Of a stretch of 64,000 nt of DNA, positions 1 to 10,684 are shown one piece after another (the stretch's first letter is position 1; the number at the start of each line of letters is the position of its first letter). Below the pieces are notes generated by a model that was not told the DNA's origin, ran no database searches, and saw nothing but the letters and a program-made list of their open reading frames with translations. Origin of the DNA: Planctomycetota bacterium (lineage in GTDB: Bacteria; Planctomycetota; UBA1135; UBA2386); contig OZ245006.1 of assembly GCA_965223545.1 (NCBI GenBank), positions 4,480,001 to 4,544,000 on the forward strand, written 5' to 3'. Both the position numbers and the translations under genes were made by a program.

Positions 1-1121
1 GTCGCGGCGTTACCGGCGCCGTCGGTGGTTCCGCCGATGTCTACGACCTCGACGAGGTCGCCGGGCGCGGGCCAGAATCCCGGACGGATCTCACCGGTCC
101 CCGAGTCGCCTTTGAGCACCGAGCCGTTGACGGATGCCCAGTAGTAGGGGGTCATGGGAAGCATCAGGCCCATTGGACTCACGGTCACGAAGTAGCCGGA
201 GCCTGATACGTGCGCGATCTGTGGCAGAAGATCCCTGGTCCCTCCCCCGTTCCCCAATCGTAGCTGGAACCCCGAAAACGACGCCGTGATAGGATCGAAG
301 TAGCGTGCCCAGCTGATCAAAGATGGTCCGGACGAGTAAAAGTTCGTGCACTCGTTCCAGGCGATGCAATAGCGCTGCGATGGCGCGTTCGCGGCGATAT
401 CGAACGTCTGCCCGAAGTAGCCAGGCGAAACGGGAGTGCCGACCGGGCCGCTGATCAGGGGGTCCACGACCAACGGTAGGAGTGGTTCGGTGAGCGCGGA
501 ATCGTCTACCCGAATGACGAATCCCTCTTGGTCGAACTCGATGGTGCTCGGAACATCGTCACCCCGAGCGTCGTACGCCAGCACGCCGCCAATTCGCAAG
601 AAGGGCCCCGTCACGCCACCGAACCGGATCCCATCCGGCTCGGGGGTCCCGGGTGCGTTCGCCGCAGCCCGCATTCGGATGACGAGGTCACCCGATCCTT
701 CAGGAAGTCTATTGAAGACGAAGCTCTGCTTGACGCCTTCGTGCCGCAGTTCGTAGGTCTCTTCGCACAAGTTTCGATCGTACACCACCGTTGCCTCGTC
801 CCTGAGGAATGGCATGCTGGGTGCCGCGCTGGACCAGGTACCGTCAGTGCGTCCGATTCCACCGAAAACTAGGGTTATTCGGCGGCAGTCGTCTGCCCCG
901 GGGGTCACGACGATGACGGACTCTTTGCCGAACCGCGCGCGTAAGCCGGGGCACATGGCGTAAACCGCGTCTCTGGCCCAAGATGCTGCTGGTGAATCGA
1001 GGTCGACCGCAACAAGTGACGAATACGCAGAACCTTGTTGTGCGGTCGCTGGGCGTTGCCCAATGCCGATTAAGAAAACAGACAGAGCGCAGAAAATCTG
1101 TAAGCGAGAGCCTCTGGCCAC
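1..1121 (-). CDS. Secreted hypothetical protein, 3' end beyond window (absent from ORF track)
   Basis: Manually translated open frame from GTG at 1121, with an AGGA shortly upstream, to the window edge without a stop: VARGSRLQIFCALSVFLIGIGQRPATAQQ (signal-like)...EETYELRHEGVKQSFVF...PLVVDPLISGP. Lies 25 bp downstream of the protease gene. Confidence 0.75.
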   Translation of the reverse strand, partial: MARGSRLQIFCALSVFLIGIGQRPATAQQGSAYSSLVAVDLDSPAASWARDAVYAMCPGLRARFGKESVIVVTPGADDCRRITLVFGGIGRTDGTWSSAAPSMPFLRDEATVVYDRNLCEETYELRHEGVKQSFVFNRLPEGSGDLVIRMRAAANAPGTPEPDGIRFGGVTGPFLRIGGVLAYDARGDDVPSTIEFDQEGFVIRVDDSALTEPLLPLVVDPLISGPVGTPVSPGYFGQTFDIAANAPSQRYCIAWNECTNFYSSGPSLISWARYFDPITASFSGFQLRLGNGGGTRDLLPQIAHVSGSGYFVTVSPMGLMLPMTPYYWASVNGSVLKGDSGTGEIRPGFWPAPGDLVEVVDIGGTTDGAGNAA

Positions 1122-2371
1122 TGGCTGTGGGATCCTTGCAACGGTGCTACGGGTGGTCGACATTGATAAAGGTCCTTGCAATGTTTGCTTCGGCGATAGG
1201 AGGGCCGTTCAAGTTGGTTGGCGTGAAAGCTGTTGCCTGAACAAGGCACACATTCCTAACTTTGAGTGGAACGTCCCCTGGAAACAGAAACGGTGGGTCT
1301 CCTGTGGGTGACGCACTTGGACCCAGCCAAACCCTCCAAGTGTTCTGGGGCGGGAGTAGGGTTGCGCTTCGAAGACAAGTGAGACCACCTTCGGCTCCTG
1401 CGAGAATCTCAACCTCAACCCGCTCAATCCCGTCGAAGTTGCTACAGCCCACTGCCGGGTCGGCAGCCGTCACGGTGATGTCAATGTATCCGCCTGTCAA
1501 GAGAGCGTTGGGGGCGGAAGGTGCGGCAGGCGTCGCGGAGACACTCACTTGGGGGATGTGATCTGTTGACTGCAACGCGGTCGGATCGTAGGTGACTGCA
1601 ACCGCATATGTCCCCGTTGCAGGCGTGATTCCGAGGGCAGCGATCGTTATGCCGCCAGAATACTCGGGAAACGGGTCAGACAATGTTTCGCCAGTGTCCA
1701 GGGTCGCGTCTTCGTGATCGAAGAGGCTGACAATATCGTCGCCAAACAATAGTGAGGCTGTCCGGTTTCCGGCCCGCAGCTTGTTGCCCAGAGACACGCA
1801 CACGCCGGAATCCGCTTGATGTGGGGGCGCCAACAGTGGCTCCATAGTTCTCCAAAACACCCAGTACGATTCCGCTGCAATGATGGGGTCGTTCGGAAAG
1901 CAGCGGCGCTTCACTGAGATAGACACACGGCGCCGCGGAATCTCGATCGCATGAAATGTCTGAGGAGGCGCCATCGCCGGATCGCTCTCGTAGGGACGCA
2001 ACTCAACTGTTCTGGTGACAGGCCCAGTGGCACCGGCGACTGGCCCCATCGTGATGACGTCAAGATCAGATAGCCACCCCTGCTGCAGCTTGCGGACTGG
2101 ACCGACATGGGTATCAATTCGCGCCGGGAAATAACCTAGTCCGCTCGGGCCGTATGCGCTGTCGACACGCGGCTGCGTCGCAGAATTGGCAAAGCCACCC
2201 ACTTGAAACCCCATGTAATCGTACAGGTCAGCATACACGCAGCTGCCCTGGAATGCTGTCCGCGGCAATGGCCCGCACATTGTGTACGTGTTCTGGGATG
2301 GATCATATGACAACACTGGGGGTGAGCCGCCACAAGGACCGGGCACTCCAATGCCCATACAAGTCGTCGGG

Positions 2372-3985
2372 GGGTGTGGATCCGCTATTGAGCAACTCGA
2401 TCATGCGGCCACCTTCACGGCGGTACGTCGGGTTTCGTGGAGCTTGTGCATCGCTTGATCCCAACGGTCGCTGAGCGGCAGAGCACGCAGGCGGAGGACG
2501 TGTTCGCCGGTCGTCGACTTCCAGCGCGATCCGGCGCGTTTCATACGCACGGCCACGAGTGTCTTGCAGGTGGCCTCGACAGCTCCGCTGCCAATTGGCA
2601 GACCAAGGCGCAGCGATCTGGCGAACCGCATGCGCTCGGCGTGGTTTTCGAAATAGGTGATGGCCTCATGGACGGGCCGCTTCGAGTCCCGCCAAGTATC
2701 CTCGAGGCCGGAACCGCGCAGTTCGGCGCGGATCTCTTCGGCTGCGCTGTTCGCGCAGCGCAATCGAACGCGCCAACGGTGCAACTCCGACTTGGCGCCG
2801 TCTGCACCGAAGATCACCTCGGCGGCCGGCGCCAGCTTCTCGACCACGTGCCAGAAGTCGATGCCTTGCTCGACGTTGCCGAACACCGCGGCGGGGAAGT
2901 GAGTGTGGAGCAGGTTGCACATCTCGTGGGCACCGTCGGACAGCAGCTTCACTCGCAGGTCCGGGCTCTTCTGCAACAGCCTGTACGCCTCGCCGGCGAT
3001 CTGAGCGAACCACAGGTCGACGTCGCTTTCCGGCATGCACCCGTACCGGAGCGTGTGCAGGCTCGCCCCTTCGGCGTCGTGCAAAGTGATCGTTGCGCAG
3101 TAGGCCATCCGGAAGTTCCGGTCTACGGGCCGCTTTGGCGCGTCCTTGCGCGGTCGGCCCGCCCGACGCTTCGCGGCCTCTTCCATCGGCACGGACACGC
3201 GGTCGACTGCCACGCTCATGGCGACGGCTTCCGCTGGCACGTCGAACTCCTGCGTGAGCATGTCCTCGATGTCCGCGTGTTCGCGAAGCCAGTGCTCGCC
3301 GACATGGTGCGCGACGCGCTCGAAGCTGGCCCGCGAATAGGGAAACCGACCTGTCTGGCGGGCAGCATCCGCCGCATCGCGCGACGGGCCGCGCTGAATG
3401 TCGTTCGCCATGCACTGGGCGGTGAGAGGAAGCCAACCGCGGCCGTAGGCACCGGTTCGCAGCTTGATCGGGTCGAGGATCGGTCCGTTGCGCACGCCGA
3501 CTTGGCGATAGACGGTGCGCTCGACTTTGACCTCGCCCGCCATCGTGAAGTACGTGCCCGGCGTGCGCCGGAAACTGGCGTAGAGAGCGCCTCGGACCCG
3601 GATCCGTGGCGCGTCGACGTCGAGGGCGCGAAGCACCTCCGCGTGCGCTGCCCGCTCGACCGCGGCGGTCTGCTTGGCGATCGCCCTCTCCGTGTCCGCG
3701 TAGTCCACCGCGTGACCGCCGCGGCTCGACACCGCCGCCGCCACCGTTGCGTCGACCAGGCTCTGCATCGACTCGGCGAGCCCCTTGTGCTCAACTGGCA
3801 CCTTCACGAGGACGTACCCTCGTGAAGCGCCCCTCCCAGGACGCTGGTGTTGCATCCTGTATCCGATAGGGAGGGGCGCATGCTTGTACAAGTGTCTTCT
3901 ACACAAATACTTGCGGCGAGCCAGCCTGCGACCACCAGATCTCGGGTGCGATCACGCTGCTCCGCTCAATGCCGGAGCCACACCC
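2372..3985 (-). mobile_element. Complete IS, ISKra4/ISLre2-type
   Basis: 22-bp imperfect IRs (GGGTGTGGATCCGCTATTGAGC and the reverse complement of GCTCAATGCCGGAGCCACACCC; 3 mismatches). 8-bp TSD TCGTCGGG at 2364-2371 and 3986-3993. Confidence 0.9.
2401..3855 (-). CDS. DDE transposase, ISKra4/ISLre2 (UPF0236-like) family
   Basis: Motifs LSDGA, DFWHVVEKL and GLPIGSGAVEATCKTLVAVRMKRAGSRW. Start codon uncertain (ORF open to 3906). Confidence 0.85.
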   Translation of the reverse strand: MQHQRPGRGASRGYVLVKVPVEHKGLAESMQSLVDATVAAAVSSRGGHAVDYADTERAIAKQTAAVERAAHAEVLRALDVDAPRIRVRGALYASFRRTPGTYFTMAGEVKVERTVYRQVGVRNGPILDPIKLRTGAYGRGWLPLTAQCMANDIQRGPSRDAADAARQTGRFPYSRASFERVAHHVGEHWLREHADIEDMLTQEFDVPAEAVAMSVAVDRVSVPMEEAAKRRAGRPRKDAPKRPVDRNFRMAYCATITLHDAEGASLHTLRYGCMPESDVDLWFAQIAGEAYRLLQKSPDLRVKLLSDGAHEMCNLLHTHFPAAVFGNVEQGIDFWHVVEKLAPAAEVIFGADGAKSELHRWRVRLRCANSAAEEIRAELRGSGLEDTWRDSKRPVHEAITYFENHAERMRFARSLRLGLPIGSGAVEATCKTLVAVRMKRAGSRWKSTTGEHVLRLRALPLSDRWDQAMHKLHETRRTAVKVAA

Positions 3986-4915
3986 TCGTCGGGTAGCAGG
4001 CAGCATTGCTTCCAGATGTCGGACAGGCTCCCGTGTACGGGAACGCGTTCGCGTGCGCGGCCAGGAAAGTGTGACCCCATTCATGAAAGGGCCCGAGGAC
4101 TCTTCCCCCGTTTGCAGACACCCAGGCGAAGGCGCCAATATTGGTGGGGCCCGCGAAGTTCTTAAGTAGCTTGGAAGAGTACACGGCGACCAGATCAAAC
4201 GTCGTCAAGTCAATTGGAGGACTGGCGCTTGCTGCGGCAGAAATAACGTCTGATATCACGACTATGCCGCGATCGTGATGCGGATGGGCCGCGAGGTACG
4301 TCTGGTAATAGTTGACCGAGTTGGGTAGCACTACGTCCACATAACTTGCTACCGACAGCGAGTACTTGCCCCATGAGTTGCTTTGCGCAAGGCCTGGCAG
4401 CTCTTGTTCGATCTCTTGAATTTCTGCAACGGAGGGCGTGAACGAGGGTTCATCGCTGGCGCGTACGCGGGCAATGATTGCGCTATGGACGAGCTGTCCA
4501 GAGCTGGCGACGCGCGATGGTCTGTTGCCATCTGGCAAGGTAGGACAGCGTGGTGGCCACTGTGGAGTGGCTACAAGAAGGAGCACGGCGGAAGGTAGAA
4601 TCGCAAACATGTCAACCAGGCTCGGGAGGAGCAAGAAAACGTGCCGTCGGAAGGGGACTCGTACCGACGATGTACGATATCGGTGGGCCACGTGCTGTCA
4701 AGGGGGGCGACGCGGGTCGACGGTGTTGCGGTGCAAGCACAATGGCGGGGATCGAGCGTTCCGGTTGCACGTTCCGTGTCAGCGGGATCGGCGACGGAGA
4801 CGCGCTGACGAGGGCGAAGATCGGCGGGCTTGATCGCCGGGTCGCATCCGCGAAGTAGGATCCGCGGCCAGCTCCTTCCTCCCGCCAAGAGAGAAGCCCA
4901 CGGTGGTGGATCACC

Positions 4916-5350
4916 GTGGGCCTCGCACTTCGTGCCGCCATCTGGATTAGTAAGCCGGGTCGGCGACACGCCGCTGATAGCACACTCACCATCGAGCATC
5001 GTGCCGCTAGATCTCTGGATCCGATGGTGCTCGATCTCGTCACCAGACCAAGCGACGACGCGATCGCGTTGCGAGCCCGGCCTGGTGACGCCGACGGCCA
5101 TTCCAACCAGCGGCCCGATCTCGGTGCCCGCGTCCTCGAAGTGCTTACCCGAGCGCGTGAGCCGCTGTCGCGCAGTGCGCTGCGCGAGCGGCTTCGCGTG
5201 AACAACAAGCGGCTCGGCGATGCTCTTGCGGAGCTCGCCGGCGCCAACCTCGTCACGCACCCCGGCGCCGGGTGGTCGCCGGTGTGCGTCGAGATGAGTC
5301 CTGGTGAAACGGAGGCAGGCTCTGCAGAGGTGCATCCTGCCAAGGGATAG
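4916..5350 (+). pseudogene. C-terminal remnant of a mobile-element AAA/RecA-like ATPase with winged-helix tail
   Basis: LTIEHRAARSLDPMVLDL...ARVLEVL...PLSRSALRERLRVNNKRLGDALAEL...GW resembles the C-terminus of such ATPases. No P-loop part is present upstream. Confidence 0.5.
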
Positions 5351-5518
5351 CCAGGCCGACGGGCGCAACGATGTTGCCGAGAAGCCCTCGGCGGTCGAAG
5401 GCCGTTCGAGGGCTTCCTTTTGTACCGGGGCGCTCACGCACATCGGACACCCCGAGGCCATGCCTCACAAAACCTCGGGGCGAAGCCCCGTCCTCGGTGA
5501 CCGACGGACTGCGTTGAC

Positions 5519-5562
5519 CGTTCCGTTCCGGTGATCCCCAGCGGGCGCGCCGGAACGGAACG
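5519..5562. repeat. 13-bp perfect inverted repeat (hairpin)
   Basis: CGTTCCGTTCCGG-N18-CCGGAACGGAACG, followed by an extra CGGAACGG copy. Confidence 0.8.
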
Positions 5563-5977
5563 CGGAACGGTGTCGGTGGCTGGGCTTCGCTGCCAACTTC
5601 AGTGAAACGAGATGCGGCCTTGGGCTTGCACCGCAACAGGCGGGCGGTCCTGAAGGCTCTCCGAGAACCCTTGAACCGCTTCAAGCTTCGAGTTGACAAA
5701 TGAATCATGTGGCGAATTGAGTCAAACCGCTGCTGCCGGCTGATCATGCCAAACTGATCATTAATGGCCTCGTCCACCGTGTGGAGTTTCTCTTTGAGCG
5801 TTGATTGAGTGCTTCGTGCGGCTGGGCGGATCGGCACGGGCCTGAGCGCGTGGCGGTTGCGCCGTTGCCGGCGCACATCCGGCGCGCGGCGGCCGCGACG
5901 GCGCTCGACGAGGAGGCGGCGCGTGCGGCGGCCGACACCTGGGTGCGGCCACCGGGGATCGCGGACTCCGATCGCGT

Positions 5978-7399
5978 ATGATCCCCCGCTTTCGGGAACG
6001 CATGCATCGAACCACTGGGATGGCCGTGCTCTGCATGGCGGTGGTCGTCGCGCCGCTCGCGGCGCAGAACGCCAAGCAGCGGCAGGGGTTTCGGACCGCG
6101 GTGGTCAAGACGTTCGCGGAGAACGCGCAGCGTCACATCCGGCTCGGCAGCTGGGCGCGCAAGCAGGGTTTGGTAGCGCAGGCAACCAGTCAGTTCTTGC
6201 GCGCGAAGGAGGTCGGGCGCGGACACAACCCCGGGGCCGATTGGCTGATTCGCACCATGCGCGGGCTCGGCGATGCGTTCTGGCGTGGCGAGCACAAGCG
6301 CCCGAGCAAGGGCCTGCTGCGCAGCTTCGACAAGCGCGCACGCAACGTCGAGAGCAGCAACCGCAAGGACTGCTTCTCGCTGGCGAAGAGAGCCGTAGCG
6401 ATCGGTCTGACCGACGACGCCGTGCGCTACTACGCCGAGCTGCTGCGCGACAGCGAGAAGCGCGAGGAGCGCAAGAACGGCGATCTCGCGGTCGACGACG
6501 GCGTGATCCCCGGCGAGCTGCTGGCGGCCATCGAGCAGCTGCCGGCAAAGGAGGAGGTCGAAGCGACCGCCGCTCCGTTGCGCGGGTTGGATGCTCGGTT
6601 GGCCGTCCTCGAGGGGATTGTCGAGGTCGGCGACGACCTGGTGCGCGTGCGGGTGCAGGGCGACGAAGCGCTCGCCGCCGAGTTGCACGCGCTGTGCCTG
6701 GCGGCGTTGCCTCTGCTGGAAGAGCGGATCGAAGGCGCGCCGACGCGTCGGCTCGAGGTCGTCGTGTTTGGCGAGCGCGCGCAGTTCCGCGAGTTCTTGA
6801 CGGACCTCGGTTACGGCCACGCCGAAGCGCATGGCGTCATGGACCCCGGGACGTTCGCCGCGCTGACCTTTGCCGACCAGGAGCCGCACGAGCTGCGCGC
6901 GGTCGTGCTGCACGAGCTCGCCCACCTCTACGACTTCGGCGTCGCGCCGTGTGTTTGGCCCAGCTGGTATGCCGAGGGGTTTGCCGAGAGCTTCGGCGGC
7001 ATCGGCACGTTCCGCTGGGACGGGGAGCTGCTCAAGCTCGGCGCGCCGCTGGCGCCGTGGCGGCTGCTGCGCCTGCAGCAGGGGCACGCGTTTGGGTTGC
7101 GCGAGCTGATGGAGCGCAACGCGATGTCGGTGCTCAGCGAGAGCGCCGAGCGCGCGGGGGACTACTACGCGCAGAGCTGGGCGTTCGTCCGCTTCATGCG
7201 CACCGGGGCGGGCGACGACGTTGCCGAATCGTTCCGCGCGTGGGAGCGCCAATGTCGCGGCGCCGCGCTGGGGGCGCGTCCGGGCCATCCGAGGATTCGG
7301 CATGCTGCCGAGGCGCAAGCCGCGTTCGATCGCGTGTTCGGTCCGAAGCTGGCCGAGCTCGGAACGGCATTCGCGGAGTGGTTGCCGACGGTCCGGTAG
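5978..7399 (+). CDS. Secreted zincin-like protein (DUF1570/peptidase MA-like)
   Basis: Signal peptide; VLHELAHLY...PSWYAEGFAESF...YYAQSWAFVRFM. Confidence 0.75.
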   Translation: MIPRFRERMHRTTGMAVLCMAVVVAPLAAQNAKQRQGFRTAVVKTFAENAQRHIRLGSWARKQGLVAQATSQFLRAKEVGRGHNPGADWLIRTMRGLGDAFWRGEHKRPSKGLLRSFDKRARNVESSNRKDCFSLAKRAVAIGLTDDAVRYYAELLRDSEKREERKNGDLAVDDGVIPGELLAAIEQLPAKEEVEATAAPLRGLDARLAVLEGIVEVGDDLVRVRVQGDEALAAELHALCLAALPLLEERIEGAPTRRLEVVVFGERAQFREFLTDLGYGHAEAHGVMDPGTFAALTFADQEPHELRAVVLHELAHLYDFGVAPCVWPSWYAEGFAESFGGIGTFRWDGELLKLGAPLAPWRLLRLQQGHAFGLRELMERNAMSVLSESAERAGDYYAQSWAFVRFMRTGAGDDVAESFRAWERQCRGAALGARPGHPRIRHAAEAQAAFDRVFGPKLAELGTAFAEWLPTVR

Positions 7400-7613
7400 A
7401 GGCATCCGCCACGCGACCGAGCCGAGACAACAGCGGTACAGTCGCCTGGACTCGCGCTGCGGTTGGCCGAATGCCGAAAGCAATCCAAGGCCGCTGACCC
7501 CAAGGTCGGCCTCGCCGGCCGCGGCCGTCCTCCGTAGAGGCCTGCCCGCGCCTGAGCCAGCTTGCTAGGCTGGCCTGACTCCCTCCTTCAGACCTTCACG
7601 CCGGAGCCCCCCC

Positions 7614-10600
7614 ATGACCCGTTCGATCGCCACTCCGATGCTGCTCGCCGTTCTCGGCGTGTCGCCCGCGCTGCTCGCCCAGGACAGTCCCGTTTTGGAC
7701 GAAGCCGCGGTGGGGGCCTTCGAATGGCGCTGTCTCGGCCCCGCCAACATGAGCGGGCGCATCGTCGCCTTGGCCGTGAACGAGCAGGACCCGTCGACCT
7801 TCTGGGCCGCGACCGCGAGCGGTGGTTTGCTCAAAACCACCAACAACGGCATCACCTACGAACACCAGTTCGATGCGGAGGCCACCGTCGCGATCGGCGA
7901 CGTTTGCGTCGCGCCGTCGGACCCCGAGATCGTGTGGGTCGGCACCGGCGAGAACAACCCACGCAACTCGGTCTCATACGGTGACGGCGTCTACAAGTCG
8001 ACCGACGGTGGCGCGACCTGGAAGAACATGGGGCTGCGCGAGTCGTTCCAGATCGGGCGTATCGCGATCCATCCGACCGATCCCGACGTCGTCTACGTCG
8101 GCGCGCTCGGTCGGCTCTACGGCCCCAACGAAGAGCGCGGTCTGTTCAAGACGACGGACGGCGGCGAGAGCTGGGAGAAGGTTCTGTACGTGGACGAGAA
8201 CACCGGCGTGATCGACATCGCCATGCACCCGTCCGATCCGCAGACGTTGCTCGTCGCCACCTACGAGCGACGCCGCGACGGTTACGACACCAACGATCCG
8301 GCGGTCAAGATCGCGCCTGGCAGCGGGCTGTACCTCACCACGGATGGTGGTGCCACGTTCGAGCGCATCACCGAGGGGTTGCCGACGTGCAACCTGGGAC
8401 GCATCGGGCTCGATTGGTACCGCAAGGATCCGAACATCGTCTACGCGATCGTGGAGAGCGAGAAGATCGGCCAGGCGCGGGACAACGTCGGCTGGACCGG
8501 CATCGAGGCGTCGAATGCGGAGACCGGCGCGCGCGTCGTGCGCATTCCCGAGTCGAGTCCGGCGGCGGAGGCCGGCCTGCAGAAGGACGACATCGTGCTG
8601 TCGGTCAACGGCACCACCGTGCTGAGCGGCGGCGCGCTGCGCGACCAGCTGCTGCAGCACGTGGTCGGTGCGGACGTGAAGCTCGAGGTGGCGCGCGAGG
8701 GTGAGAGCCACACCATCGAGTTCGCGATGATCGCCGAGCCCGAGGAGGAGGAGGACCAGGACGAGGCGCCGCGCCGGCGCCGCGGTGGCGGCCCCCCCTA
8801 CGGCGCCAGCTTGGGCGGGCAACGCCACAACGTGCAAGACCTACAAGGGCCGGACGGCTTCGAGCGCGGCGGCGTCTATCGCTCGGACGACGGCGGACGA
8901 TCGTGGCAGCGCATCAACAGCGTCAACCCGCGCCCGATGTACTTCAGCCAGATCCGGGTCGATCCCAGCGACAACAACCATCTGTACGTGCTCGGAATCA
9001 GCGCGTTCCGCAGTGTCGACGGTGGCGAGACGTTCACCGCCGACGCCAGTCGCGGGGTGCACTCGGACCAGCACGCGCTGTGGATCGATCCGGAGGATGG
9101 GCGCCACATGATCCTCGGCACCGACGGTGGGCTGTACGTCAGCTACGACCGCACCGCCAACTGGGACCACCACAACCACGTGGCCTTGGGCCAGTTCTAT
9201 CACGTCGCCGTCGGCCCGCGCCGTGACTACTGGATCTACGGCGGTCTGCAGGACAACGGCACTTGGGGCGCGCCACACCGCGCCGCGCGCGGCGGCGGGA
9301 CGCGCAACGAGGACTGGATCCGCATCGGTGGTGGCGACGGCTTCTTGGTGGCGATCGACCCCGAGGATCCCGATCAGGTCTACTACGAGAGTCAGAACGG
9401 CGGCACGGCGCGCACTCACTTGCGCACCATGGAGAGTGGCCGCATCCGCCCGCAGGCCCCGCGGGGAACGCGCTACCGCTTCAACTGGCGCACGCCCTTC
9501 CTGCTGTCCCACCACAACTCACGGATCTACTACAACGCCGGCAACCACGTGTTCCGGTCACTCAACCGCGGTGACGACTTGGTGGCGATCTCACCGGAGA
9601 TCACCCGCGGGGACCGGGGCAGCGCAACCGCCCTGGCGGAGTCGTCGCGCGACGCGGGCGTGCTCTACGTCGGCACCGACGACGGAGCGTTGTTCGGCAC
9701 CCGCAACGGCGGCGCCGACTGGACCGACCTGTGGGTGTTGGCGGGCGATTTGACCGAGGACGAGGAGGAGGCTCCCGAGGTCGCCGTCGGCGGTCCACGC
9801 GAAGTCACGGCAACCGACGGCGACGAGGACGGCGAGCCGCTCGGCGCGCTGGTTCCGGCGCCGCGCTGGGTGAGCTCGGTCGAGGCGTCGCGCGCGGTCG
9901 ACGGTCGCGTCTATCTGACCTTGGACGCGCACCGCTCGGACGACGATGATCCCTACGTCTTCGTCTCCGAGAACTACGGCGAGACCTGGCGTTCGCTGCG
10001 CGCCAACCTGCCCCGCGGCTCGACGCGCGTCGTGCGCGAGGATCTGGAGAACCCCGACGTGCTCTACCTGGGCACCGAGTTCGGTCTGTGGGTGTCGCTC
10101 GATCGCGGTGGGCACTGGACACAGTTCCACAACAACCTGCCGACGGTCGCGGTGCACGAGGTCGCGCAGCACGCGACGTCGGGTGAGATCGTGCTCGGCA
10201 CGCACGGCCGCAGCCTGTGGGCGGTGGACGTCACCCCGTTGCGGCAGATGAGCGGCAAGGCGATGGCCGCCGACGCTCATCTGTTCGCGCCCAACGACGT
10301 CGTCTTGTGGCAGCGCCAGCATTCGCGCGGCACGACCGGCGGCGCGCGCGCGTATCGCGCCGACAGCGCCGACGGCGGCGCGGCCGTCTACTACCGGTTG
10401 GCCGAGCGCGCCCGCAGTGTCCGCCTGGAGGTCCGCGATGCGATGGGCAAGACGGTGGCGACGCTCGAGGCGCCGCGTGATGCCGGCTTGCACCGCGTCG
10501 GCTGGAACCTGCGCATCGCCGGCAGTGAGCCGTCGGGTGGAGGCGGTCGGTTCCGCTTCAGCCGCGGCCGGCGCGCCGAGCCGGGCACCTACGTCGTCGA

Positions 10601-10664
10601 GTTGGAGGTCGACGGCGAGACCTTCAGTCGGCCGCTACAGGTCGTGCCGCATCCGGACGAGTAG
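7614..10664 (+). CDS. Secreted BNR/Asp-box (VPS10/sortilin-like) beta-propeller protein with inserted PDZ domain
   Basis: GPANMSGRIVALAV start; repeated S/T-x-DGG-x-T/S-W Asp boxes; internal SPAAEAGLQKDDIVLSVNG PDZ signature; C-terminal GLHRVGWNL...PGTYVVELEV module. Confidence 0.9.
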   Translation: MTRSIATPMLLAVLGVSPALLAQDSPVLDEAAVGAFEWRCLGPANMSGRIVALAVNEQDPSTFWAATASGGLLKTTNNGITYEHQFDAEATVAIGDVCVAPSDPEIVWVGTGENNPRNSVSYGDGVYKSTDGGATWKNMGLRESFQIGRIAIHPTDPDVVYVGALGRLYGPNEERGLFKTTDGGESWEKVLYVDENTGVIDIAMHPSDPQTLLVATYERRRDGYDTNDPAVKIAPGSGLYLTTDGGATFERITEGLPTCNLGRIGLDWYRKDPNIVYAIVESEKIGQARDNVGWTGIEASNAETGARVVRIPESSPAAEAGLQKDDIVLSVNGTTVLSGGALRDQLLQHVVGADVKLEVAREGESHTIEFAMIAEPEEEEDQDEAPRRRRGGGPPYGASLGGQRHNVQDLQGPDGFERGGVYRSDDGGRSWQRINSVNPRPMYFSQIRVDPSDNNHLYVLGISAFRSVDGGETFTADASRGVHSDQHALWIDPEDGRHMILGTDGGLYVSYDRTANWDHHNHVALGQFYHVAVGPRRDYWIYGGLQDNGTWGAPHRAARGGGTRNEDWIRIGGGDGFLVAIDPEDPDQVYYESQNGGTARTHLRTMESGRIRPQAPRGTRYRFNWRTPFLLSHHNSRIYYNAGNHVFRSLNRGDDLVAISPEITRGDRGSATALAESSRDAGVLYVGTDDGALFGTRNGGADWTDLWVLAGDLTEDEEEAPEVAVGGPREVTATDGDEDGEPLGALVPAPRWVSSVEASRAVDGRVYLTLDAHRSDDDDPYVFVSENYGETWRSLRANLPRGSTRVVREDLENPDVLYLGTEFGLWVSLDRGGHWTQFHNNLPTVAVHEVAQHATSGEIVLGTHGRSLWAVDVTPLRQMSGKAMAADAHLFAPNDVVLWQRQHSRGTTGGARAYRADSADGGAAVYYRLAERARSVRLEVRDAMGKTVATLEAPRDAGLHRVGWNLRIAGSEPSGGGGRFRFSRGRRAEPGTYVVELEVDGETFSRPLQVVPHPDE

Positions 10665-10684
10665 CGCTACGCGGCGCGGCGGCT

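Larger units (their letters stand above)
1147..4610 (-). pseudogene. Secreted metzincin metalloprotease (M11 gametolysin/M6-like), interrupted by an IS at 2372-3985
   Basis: 5' part has a signal peptide (MFAILPSAVLLLVA) and HEWGHTFLAAHAN zinc motif. 3' part has a YADLYDYMG Met-turn-like motif. Removing the IS and one TCGTCGGG copy gives in-frame ...SNAACYPTTCMGIGVPGP... Confidence 0.8.
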
